A stretch of DNA of 39,271 nt from an uncultured Candidatus Melainabacteria bacterium (GCA_934754855.1 CAKVJR010000001.1:1-39271); one strand, 5' to 3'. Positions 1 through 7,209 are shown, counted from the stretch's first letter. Program-made: numbers and translations. The notes: a model not told the origin generated them from the sequence alone.

Positions 1-4
1 AATT

Positions 5-2623
5 ATGCCTAAGAAAAAAAACGACACTACTACTTCGCTTGTTGACACTCCCGAAAAGTTAGAAGAACTTATTCAAAGGGTTAAAGAGGCGCAAAGAACA
101 TTTGCGACATTTACACAGGAACAAGTAGACAAAATTTTCAAATCGGCGGCAATCGCTGCTAACAAAGCAAGAATTCCTCTTGCTAAAATGGCTGTTGAAG
201 AAACAGGAATGGGTGTTGTTGAGGATAAAATCATCAAGAACCACTTTGCTTCTGAATATATTTACAACAAGCATAAAAACGCAAAAACTTGCGAAATCGT
301 AAAAGAGGACAAGGTTAACGGTATTAAAATCGTCGCAGAACCTTTGGGTTTGATTGCTGGTATCATTCCTACAACAAACCCCACGTCAACTGCGATTTTC
401 AAGTCATTAATTTCTTTGAAAACAAGAAACGCTATCATTTTTTCACCTCACCCGAGAGCGAAAAAATCGACGATTGAAGCGGCAAGAATTGTTTTGAACG
501 CTGCAATCGAAGCGGGTGCACCGAAAGACATTATCGGCTGGATTGACGTTCCGTCGATGGAATTGACCAATCTTTTGTTGCATCACCCTGACATCAATTG
601 CATTTTGGCAACAGGTGGTCCGGGAATGGTTAAATCGGCGTATTCATCAGGAAAACCCGCATTGGGTGTAGGACCCGGAAATGTTCCTGCGATTATTGAT
701 GAAACGGCAGATATTAAAATGGCTGTATCTTCAATTTTGATGTCCAAAACATTCGATAACGGTATGATTTGTGCATCTGAACAGTCTGTCACTATTATTG
801 ACAGTGTTTATGAAGAAGTCAAAAAAGAATTTGAATATCGTGGAGCATATTTGTTGAATGCAAAAGAGGCTGAAAAGGTTGCAAAGATTATCTTGACGCC
901 TGCCGGCACGGTAAATCCCGCAATTGTAGGTCAACCCGCTCACAAAATCGCAGAACTTGCAGGAATTAAAGTTCCTGAAAATGCGAAAGTCCTTATTTCA
1001 GAACGCAAAGAAGTCGATATTAAAGATTCGTTTGCTCACGAAAAATTGTCACCTGTATTGGCATTGTATAAGGCACCTGATTTTGAGACGGCAGTTGAAA
1101 ATGCTCATGAATTGGTAATGATAGGCGGTGCAGGTCATTCGGCTGCATTATACACCGACACGAGAACACAAGAACGTGTTGATTATTTTGCGAAGAAAAT
1201 CCCAACTTGCCGTTTATTGATTAACTCTCCGTCATCACAAGGCGGTATTGGCGATTTGTATAACTTCAAATTAGAACCCTCATTAACGCTCGGTTGTGGT
1301 TCATGGGGCGGAAATGCCGTCAGCGGTAACGTTGGCGTTGAACATTTATTAAACTTGAAGACAGTCGCAGAAAGGAGAGAAAATATGTTATGGTTCAAAG
1401 TACCGCCGAAAATTTACTTTAAGCGTGGTGCAACCGATTTGGCTCTCCGTGTTTTGAAAGACAAAAAGCGTGCTTTCATTGTTACGGACAGATTTTTGTT
1501 CAATTCGGGTGCAGTTTACAACATCACAAACGTTTTGGACGAATTGGATATTGATTATCAAATCTTCTTTGACGTTAAACCCGACCCGACATTGTCAACA
1601 ATCAATGATGCAATGGCTATTTTAAGACCTTACGAACCTGATTTGATTATTGCACTCGGTGGCGGTTCGCCTATGGATGCTGCAAAGATTATGTGGTTGA
1701 TGTATGAACAACCTGATACAAACTTCTCTGATATTTCAATGAGATTTATGGATATCAGAAAAAGAATTTGCCAAATTCCCGATTTGGGCAAAAAAGCAAC
1801 AATGGTTTGTATTCCGACGACATCAGGTACAGGTTCCGAGGTTACTCCTTTTGCGATTATTACGGACGACAAAGAGCACGTTAAGTACGCAATTGCAGAC
1901 TACGCTTTGACTCCGAACATTGCGATTATCGATCCGAACTTTGTTGACGGAATGCCGAAAGGTTTGACGGCGGCATCAGGTATCGATGCACTTGTTCACG
2001 CACTTGAGGCGTACGTATCTTGTATGGCAACAAACTTCACAAATGCTCACGCTTTGGAAGCAACAAAACAAGTATTCAGATACTTGGAACGTTCATACAA
2101 AAACGGTGCAAGCGATCCGCTTGCAAGAGAAAAAATGCACTATGCGGCAACAATCGCAGGTATGGCATTCGCAAACTCATTCTTGGGCTTGTGCCACTCA
2201 ATGGCTCACAAGTTGGGAGCAATGTTCAACGTACCTCACGGCGTCGCAAACGCATTGTTGATTCGTCAAATCATCAAGTACAACTCGAATGATTGCCCGT
2301 CAAAACAAGCAACATTCCCGCAATATAAATTCCCGTGTGCGAAGATGAAATACGGTCAAGTCGCAGACGAATTGGGCTTGGGTGGCAAAGATGACGATGA
2401 AAAAGTCAAACTTCTTATTGAAGCGGTTGATAAATTGATGAAAGCGGTTGATTTGCCTAATTCTATCAAGGACTTCGGCATATCGAAGAAAGAATTTGAC
2501 GAAAAATTAGACGAATTGGTCGAACTTGCATACGACGACCAATGCACGGGTGCAAACCCCGCTTATCCGTTGATGAGCGAAATCAAACAAATTTACATCG
2601 ACGCATTCAACGGTGTTGTGTAG
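5..2623 (+). CDS. adhE: bifunctional acetaldehyde-CoA/alcohol dehydrogenase AdhE
   Basis: 872-aa ORF. N-terminal ALDH domain with catalytic Cys context FDNGMICASEQS. C-terminal Fe-ADH domain with GGGSPMDAAK and CHSMAHKLG motifs. Terminator follows. Confidence 0.97.
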   Translation: MPKKKNDTTTSLVDTPEKLEELIQRVKEAQRTFATFTQEQVDKIFKSAAIAANKARIPLAKMAVEETGMGVVEDKIIKNHFASEYIYNKHKNAKTCEIVKEDKVNGIKIVAEPLGLIAGIIPTTNPTSTAIFKSLISLKTRNAIIFSPHPRAKKSTIEAARIVLNAAIEAGAPKDIIGWIDVPSMELTNLLLHHPDINCILATGGPGMVKSAYSSGKPALGVGPGNVPAIIDETADIKMAVSSILMSKTFDNGMICASEQSVTIIDSVYEEVKKEFEYRGAYLLNAKEAEKVAKIILTPAGTVNPAIVGQPAHKIAELAGIKVPENAKVLISERKEVDIKDSFAHEKLSPVLALYKAPDFETAVENAHELVMIGGAGHSAALYTDTRTQERVDYFAKKIPTCRLLINSPSSQGGIGDLYNFKLEPSLTLGCGSWGGNAVSGNVGVEHLLNLKTVAERRENMLWFKVPPKIYFKRGATDLALRVLKDKKRAFIVTDRFLFNSGAVYNITNVLDELDIDYQIFFDVKPDPTLSTINDAMAILRPYEPDLIIALGGGSPMDAAKIMWLMYEQPDTNFSDISMRFMDIRKRICQIPDLGKKATMVCIPTTSGTGSEVTPFAIITDDKEHVKYAIADYALTPNIAIIDPNFVDGMPKGLTAASGIDALVHALEAYVSCMATNFTNAHALEATKQVFRYLERSYKNGASDPLAREKMHYAATIAGMAFANSFLGLCHSMAHKLGAMFNVPHGVANALLIRQIIKYNSNDCPSKQATFPQYKFPCAKMKYGQVADELGLGGKDDDEKVKLLIEAVDKLMKAVDLPNSIKDFGISKKEFDEKLDELVELAYDDQCTGANPAYPLMSEIKQIYIDAFNGVV

Positions 2624-2634
2624 CACAATAACTA

Positions 2635-2666
2635 CGGGGTTTATTAAAAATAAGCCCCGTTTTTTC
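2635..2666 (+). terminator. rho-independent terminator after adhE
   Basis: Stem CGGGGTTTA (2635-2643) pairs with TAAGCCCCG (2651-2659), 9 bp including one G-T wobble. Followed by TTTTTT. Confidence 0.8.
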
Positions 2667-2676
2667 GGGTGGAATT

Positions 2677-3285
2677 ATGATTTTATCGGCAAAATTAATT
2701 AGCAGATTAACACTCTATCACAGTATATTGACAGGGCTTGAAGAAGAGGGCATTGACACTGTTTCGAGTCCTCAGATTGCCGAATTGCTCAAGATTGACG
2801 ACTCTCAAGTCAGAAAAGATATAAAATTTTTGGGCAAATCGGGCAAAACAAAGGTCGGATACAAGGTTACAGAGGTTAGAAAATTAATCGAAAAAACTTT
2901 GGGCTTTGAAAAGACAAAAGATGCATTCGTTGTCGGGGCGGGCAATTTGGGGCTTGCTCTTGCAAAATATGACGACTTCAAATATTACGGTTTTAATATT
3001 TTGGCACTTTTCGACAATGACCCTATAAAAATAGATATTACGGTTAATGGCAAACAGGTTTTCCATATTGCGAAATTGCCTGATTTGACGAGAAGATTGA
3101 ATGTTGAAATTGCAATTTTGACCGTTCCTAAAAATTTTGCACAAGACACGGCGGATTATCTCGTCGCATCGGGCATTAAGTACATTTGGAACTTTACTCC
3201 GACGGTTCTTAAGTTACCTGATAACGTTCAAGTTTGGAATGAAAATTTAATCGGAAACTTTTTACAATTTACAAAAGATATTTAA
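2677..3285 (+). CDS. rex: redox-sensing transcriptional repressor Rex
   Basis: 202 aa. N-terminal winged-helix (SSPQIAELLKIDDSQVRKDIKFLG) plus Rossmann NADH domain (VVGAGNLGLALAKY). Typical Rex length and layout. Confidence 0.93.
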   Translation: MILSAKLISRLTLYHSILTGLEEEGIDTVSSPQIAELLKIDDSQVRKDIKFLGKSGKTKVGYKVTEVRKLIEKTLGFEKTKDAFVVGAGNLGLALAKYDDFKYYGFNILALFDNDPIKIDITVNGKQVFHIAKLPDLTRRLNVEIAILTVPKNFAQDTADYLVASGIKYIWNFTPTVLKLPDNVQVWNENLIGNFLQFTKDI

Positions 3286-3296
3286 TAGAGGTGATT

Positions 3297-3836
3297 ATGC
3301 TAAACTCAACAAAATCAATGGTTTTGATGATAGATGTTCAGGAAAAATTGGTAAAAGCGACAAATGCTGACCAAGAGGCTGTAAATGCAGGCAAAATGCT
3401 TGCGGCGGCGAATATTTTGGGCTTGCCTGTTTTAGTGAGCGAACAATATCCGAAAGGTCTTGGCTCAACGGTTGCAAATGTTTCGGAGAATTTTACCGAA
3501 AATACCAAAGTTATTGAAAAATCGGCATTTTCAATTTTAAAAGAGGAAAATGCTCTTGAAACAATCAAATCTTATGGCAAAAAACAGATTATTTTGTTCG
3601 GAATTGAAACGCATATTTGCGTTTTGCAAACTGCGATTGAGTTGATTGAAAACGGATTTGAAGTTTATTTGATAAAAAATGCAAGCAAAAGCCGTCAGGA
3701 ATTTGAGCATTTTGCAGGAATTGATGTTATGAAAGAAGAGGGTGTTCATGTCGTAACTCTCGAAATTGCTTTGTTTGAACTTCTTGAAACGTCAAAAAAT
3801 CCGTCGTTTAAACAGGTTCAAGCCTTGATAAAATAA
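3297..3836 (+). CDS. isochorismatase-family cysteine hydrolase
   Basis: MVLMIDVQ (catalytic Asp region) and LFGIETHICVLQTA (catalytic Cys). GAGG Shine-Dalgarno 5 nt upstream of the ATG at 3297. The ORF track alternative start is GTG 3291. Confidence 0.85.
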   Translation: MLNSTKSMVLMIDVQEKLVKATNADQEAVNAGKMLAAANILGLPVLVSEQYPKGLGSTVANVSENFTENTKVIEKSAFSILKEENALETIKSYGKKQIILFGIETHICVLQTAIELIENGFEVYLIKNASKSRQEFEHFAGIDVMKEEGVHVVTLEIALFELLETSKNPSFKQVQALIK

Positions 3837-3942
3837 TTAATTTTTCGGTTTGTAACTGTAAAGATTGTTTCAAATATTCCCTTTAATCGCAATTTGTGAT
3901 AAAATAATTTTTAAAACAGCCTAAAAACAAAAGGAAAAGTTT

Positions 3943-4770
3943 ATGAATGATAGAGTAGTAAAAAAATTATGGGTATTTTTTATAGTTTGTTTGGTTATTT
4001 TCTTTGCTACGTTTTTTAACAGTTCAAAACCTTATTTGGAACGTTATAACAAAGAAATTACGGCAGCGAAGAGCCTTTTGACCGACGATTATTCAAAAGA
4101 AGTTTTTGATGAGTTGATGATGTTCAACGCAGAAAAAACTCCGATGAAAAAAGAAAATATGGATAAATTCCCCGAAAATTATTGCCCGAATGTTCCTATG
4201 AACAAAGGTGACGTAATGATTAACGGCGGTATTTCGAGCGATTTGACATTGACGTTCAAAATGGCTGAATCTGTTGGCGAAAACGGCTTGGTTATCGGCT
4301 TTGACCCCAACGTCAGAATTCTTGCAAAAATCAATAAAGAAATTGAAAAAAGCGGATTTAAAAATATCAAAACTTATTCTTACGGCTTGTGGAATAAAAA
4401 TTGCCACAAAGAATTGTTCTTCCAAGACAATACCGACGCATCATTGGTATTCAGAAAGAACGAAGGTTTGTATTTGCCCGCAACATTGGTTAAACTTGAC
4501 GATTTCGTCGTAAAAGAAGGTGTTAAGAAAGTCGATTTCATCACTTTGGACATCGAAGGTGCCGAAATGGAAGCATTGAAAGGTGCTGAAACAATTTTGT
4601 TATCACAAAAACCGAACTTGGCAATTTCAATCCACCACAAATCGACTGACTTGTTCCAAATTATCAATTATTTGAACAGTTTGAATTGCGGATATAAATT
4701 CTGGTTAGGTTACCACGGTCCGTATTCTGCAAATTCTGTAAACGTACTTCTTTACGCAACAGTAAAATAA
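3943..4770 (+). CDS. FkbM-family SAM-dependent methyltransferase with N-terminal TM helix
   Basis: C-terminal signature VDFITLDIEGAEMEALKGA...LAISIHH is typical of Methyltransf_21/FkbM. Hydrophobic N-terminus WVFFIVCLVIFFATFF. Confidence 0.8.
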   Translation: MNDRVVKKLWVFFIVCLVIFFATFFNSSKPYLERYNKEITAAKSLLTDDYSKEVFDELMMFNAEKTPMKKENMDKFPENYCPNVPMNKGDVMINGGISSDLTLTFKMAESVGENGLVIGFDPNVRILAKINKEIEKSGFKNIKTYSYGLWNKNCHKELFFQDNTDASLVFRKNEGLYLPATLVKLDDFVVKEGVKKVDFITLDIEGAEMEALKGAETILLSQKPNLAISIHHKSTDLFQIINYLNSLNCGYKFWLGYHGPYSANSVNVLLYATVK

Positions 4771-4791
4771 TTCGATTTTGATTTAAAAAAA

Positions 4792-4818
4792 GCCCGCAAA
4801 GTTATTTGCGGGTTTTTT
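4792..4818 (+). terminator. rho-independent terminator after the FkbM gene
   Basis: CCCGCAAA (4793-4800) pairs with TTTGCGGG (4805-4812), loop GTTA, then TTTTTT. Confidence 0.85.
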
Positions 4819-4991
4819 GTTGTTTTTGAACGGGCAATGATGAAATTGTAACAAATTGTAAAGAGTTAATTTGCCTTAAAATGCACTTGCTCTCTGCATT
4901 TTGGCTGAATTTGTTAAATTTTTGTGTTAAAGTTTTTTTGAAAAATGCCGATAAAGTAGGTAACACAGAGGATAATAGTGAAAGGGAAAAC

Positions 4992-5777
4992 ATGGGATTA
5001 CAAATTAACCCGTCGAAGTTGACGGCTGCTAATTTGCAGACGGAAAAACACGTGGAAGCGAAAAAGCAAGAGGCAAAAGAGTCACTTCCCCAAACAAAGG
5101 AACATTGCTCTTCAAAGGCAGGAAAAGCAATAAGAAGTGTTGCATTAGGCTTGATGTTGGCAGCAGGAATTGCCTCGGCAGGTAAACCTATGAAAGCAAA
5201 TGCGGCAGAAAACGCCCCTGCGGATAATCAAACGACGGTTACGCAAGAAGCGGAAACCAATGTTGCCAAAACGGATGTCGAAATGGCTGTTGATAAGGCT
5301 ATGGACGAATCAGAGGGCAAAACGACAAAACTTCACGTTGGTGATAAAAATCAATGTTATGGAAAAATGGTCGGTTCTTTTTCTTGCTTTGACGGAAGAG
5401 ATTATGACAGTGCTGCAATCACGAGCGGCGGTTGTTTGGTTTTCTATAACGAAATTGAAACTACAAAGAGTGACGGTAGTAAGTCAACACAATATATTCC
5501 CGTAAATTCATTCGATTTGCAAACGCAACCCGACGGCAAATCAATCGAATTGAAAACAGGTACAAGATTTGAGGAATCAACAAAAACGAACGGCGATTAC
5601 GTCGAACTTGCTGAAGATGGCAGAACGTTTAATGTCTATAATAGTGAGGGCGAAAAAATCGGGCATGTTAAAGCGGATACCCCCGATACATTCAAAACAA
5701 AAGTATTGGTCGGCGTGGGTCTTGCAGGCGTTGCCGGAGCAGGATATTTGTATACTCAAATGAAAAAAGATGACTAA
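4992..5777 (+). CDS. hypothetical protein, internal hydrophobic segment and C-terminal TM anchor
   Basis: ATG at 4992 is preceded by AAGGGA; the ORF track start at 4881 lacks an RBS. Hydrophobic stretch SVALGLMLAAGIASAG and C-terminal anchor VLVGVGLAGVAGAGYLY followed by MKKDD. No family recognised. Strong terminator downstream. Confidence 0.6.
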   Translation: MGLQINPSKLTAANLQTEKHVEAKKQEAKESLPQTKEHCSSKAGKAIRSVALGLMLAAGIASAGKPMKANAAENAPADNQTTVTQEAETNVAKTDVEMAVDKAMDESEGKTTKLHVGDKNQCYGKMVGSFSCFDGRDYDSAAITSGGCLVFYNEIETTKSDGSKSTQYIPVNSFDLQTQPDGKSIELKTGTRFEESTKTNGDYVELAEDGRTFNVYNSEGEKIGHVKADTPDTFKTKVLVGVGLAGVAGAGYLYTQMKKDD

Positions 5778-5810
5778 TAGACTTGTCGTTTAAAATTAAA
5801 TGATGTTGAT

Positions 5811-5847
5811 GATGCGGAAAAATCTTTGATTTTTCCGCATCTTTTTG
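5811..5847 (+). terminator. rho-independent terminator
   Basis: Perfect 13-bp stem GATGCGGAAAAAT (5811-5823) / ATTTTTCCGCATC (5829-5841), loop CTTTG, then T-run. Confidence 0.85.
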
Positions 5848-5970
5848 TTCTTTTACTGCTTATATTTTTTCATTTTCCGTCATATTGAGCGTAGCGAACC
5901 TGAAGGGTTGACGAACGAAGTGAGTAAATGCACTCCGCATAGGAGTCGTCCTCTTTTCTTTCTTGTTGGG

Positions 5971-6024
5971 GTACACGTTATTCTTTCTTTTCTCATCGAA
6001 AAGAAAAGAAAGAATAATGGGTAC
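5971..6024. other. long perfect hairpin with polypyrimidine/polypurine arms
   Basis: TTATTCTTTCTTTTCT (5978-5993) is the exact reverse complement of AGAAAAGAAAGAATAA (6002-6017), with an 8-nt loop. Outer GTAC...GTAC extends the pairing. Confidence 0.7.
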
Positions 6025-6080
6025 AAATAATAGTATTTATCAAATAAATGCAAGAATTTTTAATAAATGAGTAAATACTG

Positions 6081-6117
6081 GATTGCCACACTCCGCTAAC
6101 GCTCCGTTCGCAATGAC
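6081..6117 (-). repeat. hairpin repeat family B (GTCATTGCGA ... GCAATC)
   Basis: Reverse complement reads GTCATTGCGAACGGAGCGTTAGCGGAGTGTGGCAATC. Terminal ATTGC/GCAAT closing stem. Related copies at 6954, 28406, 38224, 38622 and 38709. Confidence 0.6.
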
Positions 6118-6145
6118 AAGGAATGCCATATGTAAATCTGTAACC

Positions 6146-6241
6146 GTCATACTGAGGCGAAGCCGAAGTATCTGTTTTTTCAGCATTTTACAGTTGTTCA
6201 AACATTTATTAAAAACGTAGGGGCGACTTTAGTCGACCAAT
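6146..6241 (+). repeat. composite repeat: family A hairpin + conserved spacer + GTAGGG-headed family C palindrome
   Basis: Near-identical by eye to 38280-38374. Family A unit GTCATACTGAGGCGAAGCCGAAGTATCTG (6146-6174). Family C unit GTAGGGGCGACTTTAGTCGACCAA (6218-6241). Confidence 0.85.
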
Positions 6242-6244
6242 CCG

Positions 6245-6457
6245 CTAAAAATTCAACAATTCCGATAAACTAATACCAAATCCTTTTGCAATTTGATTGA
6301 GTTTGGATAAAACAATATCATTTTTGGCTGTTTCAATATTGCCAAGAGTTGAACGAGCGATATTGGAGTGAAAAGCCAAATCGTCTTGTGAAAAACCATG
6401 TTCTTTTCTTAGTTCTTTTATTCTTTTCGCAAGTTTTCTTAACAATACCTTGTCCAT
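6245..6457 (-). CDS. XRE-family helix-turn-helix transcriptional regulator (about 70 aa)
   Basis: HTH_3 pattern LRKEHGFSQDDLAFHSNIARSTLGNIETAKNDIVLSKLNQIAKGFGISLSELL. Start taken at the internal Met (MDKVLL), which matches the length of the 71-aa paralogous-position gene at 38789-39004. Confidence 0.8.
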   Translation of the reverse strand: MDKVLLRKLAKRIKELRKEHGFSQDDLAFHSNIARSTLGNIETAKNDIVLSKLNQIAKGFGISLSELLNF

Positions 6458-6507
6458 AATTAAATTGTCCGCTACAATGACAAAAGAAACAAACTGTCCC
6501 ACGGACA
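6450..6507. promoter_or_regulatory. divergent promoter/operator region of XRE-HAD cassette 1
   Basis: TTGTCC (6450-6455), 17 nt, TACAAT (6473-6478), reading towards the HAD gene. TTGTCC repeated at 6465-6470. Palindrome TGTCCcacGGACA at 6495-6507. Confidence 0.45.
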
Positions 6508-6525
6508 AAAGACGGGTAAAAATCA

Positions 6526-6867
6526 ATGATTACAAAGAAAAAAACTCTTTTAATAGACTTGGACGGAGTTTTGAATGACTATGTCGGGAATTATGATAAG
6601 GATTTCATTCCGCCGATAAAGGTTGGGGCGAAAGAATTTTTAGAAGATTTATCAAAAAATTATCAGGTGAAAATTTTTACCACACGGGATAAAAATCTTG
6701 CATCAAAATGGATTTCTGAAAATGGTTTGAGTGAATTGATTGTTGGTATTACAAATGTCAAAGAGCCTTGTTGGGTGTATGTTGATGACAGATGTATAAC
6801 TTTCGACGGCAATTTTGAGGGCTTAATCGACAAAATAGACAATTTCAAACCGTATTATAAAATGTAG
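6526..6867 (+). CDS. minimal HAD-superfamily phosphatase, NT5C (deoxyribonucleotidase)-like motifs
   Basis: 113 aa. Motif I LIDLDGVLNDY (compare DMDGVLxDF of NT5C-type HADs), motif II KIFTTR, motif IV VYVDDR. A second copy starts at 39092. Confidence 0.7.
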   Translation: MITKKKTLLIDLDGVLNDYVGNYDKDFIPPIKVGAKEFLEDLSKNYQVKIFTTRDKNLASKWISENGLSELIVGITNVKEPCWVYVDDRCITFDGNFEGLIDKIDNFKPYYKM

Positions 6868-6872
6868 TTTTA

Positions 6873-6949
6873 CAGATTCTTCGGTTTTTGCGAAACCTCA
6901 GAATGACGGAGAATTAATAACTGACTTGGTCGACTAAAGTCGACCCTAC
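6873..6949 (-). repeat. family A hairpin (6873-6907) plus family C GTAGGG palindrome (6926-6949), both inverted
   Basis: Reverse complement gives GTCATTCTGAGGTTTCGCAAAAACCGAAGAATCTG and GTAGGGTCGACTTTAGTCGACCAA. The latter is an inverted copy of 6218-6241 with one mismatch. Confidence 0.8.
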
Positions 6950-6953
6950 TTAC

Positions 6954-6980
6954 GGATTGCTTAACTTCGTTCGCAATGAC
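6954..6980 (-). repeat. hairpin repeat family B
   Basis: Reverse complement is GTCATTGCGAACGAAGTTAAGCAATCC, with ATTGC/GCAAT closing stem. Confidence 0.6.
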
Positions 6981-6994
6981 AGTAAACCCGATTT

Positions 6995-7024
6995 GTCATT
7001 CTGAGGACGAAGTCCGAAGTATCT
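6995..7024 (+). repeat. hairpin repeat family A
   Basis: GTCATTCTGAGGACGAAGTCCGAAGTATCT. Apical stem GGAC/GTCC. Basal stem ATTCT/AGTAT has one mismatch. Confidence 0.75.
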
Positions 7025-7044
7025 ATGAAATAAACGCCTTAAAA

Positions 7045-7079
7045 CAGATTCTTCGGTTTTTGCAAAACCTCAGAATGAC
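7045..7079 (-). repeat. hairpin repeat family A
   Basis: Reverse complement is GTCATTCTGAGGTTTTGCAAAAACCGAAGAATCTG. Basal stem ATTCT/AGAAT, apical stem GGTTTT/AAAACC. Confidence 0.8.
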
Positions 7080-7080
7080 G

Positions 7081-7111
7081 AGAACTTCACCTCTTTGAGG
7101 TTCAGAATGAC
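7081..7111 (-). repeat. degenerate family A-like unit
   Basis: Reverse complement is GTCATTCTGAACCTCAAAGAGGTGAAGTTCT. It shares the GTCATTCTGA head and an apical CCTC/GAGG stem, but the 3' arm is degenerate. Confidence 0.4.
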
Positions 7112-7163
7112 GATAAACTATAAGCAATAACCCTCATACAGTGCTTTTGGACATATTTCGCAT

Positions 7164-7188
7164 AAAAAAACGAGCGGCGAATCGCTCG
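7164..7188 (-). terminator. rho-independent terminator of the 7210-7749 gene
   Basis: CGAGCG (7171-7176) / CGCTCG (7183-7188) stem. The A7 run on the plus strand is a T-run on the minus strand. Confidence 0.75.
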
Positions 7189-7209
7189 TACAAACTCCGT
7201 TCTTACATA

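Noticed and set aside
4881-4991. N-terminal extension of the 4992-5777 ORF (track start 4881)
   Set aside because: The extension begins inside the upstream terminator and promoter region, has no RBS and encodes junk-like sequence. The ATG at 4992 has an AAGGGA box.
5845-6030. 61-aa plus-strand ORF in the spacer after the 4992-5777 gene
   Set aside because: It runs through repeat units and the 16-bp polypyrimidine/polypurine hairpin, has no RBS, and begins inside a terminator T-run.
6995-7024. Hammerhead-ribozyme-like core (CUGAnGA ... GAA) in family A repeats
   Set aside because: Only the 6995 copy reads CUGAGGA; the others read CUGAGGC or CUGAGGT. No consistent stem II/III or cleavage-site arrangement could be drawn. 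A simple two-stem hairpin explains all copies.
5870-7115. Possibility that the clustered short repeats are a CRISPR array
   Set aside because: The units occur in both orientations, belong to at least three different families, have irregular spacing and variable length, and no cas genes are nearby.
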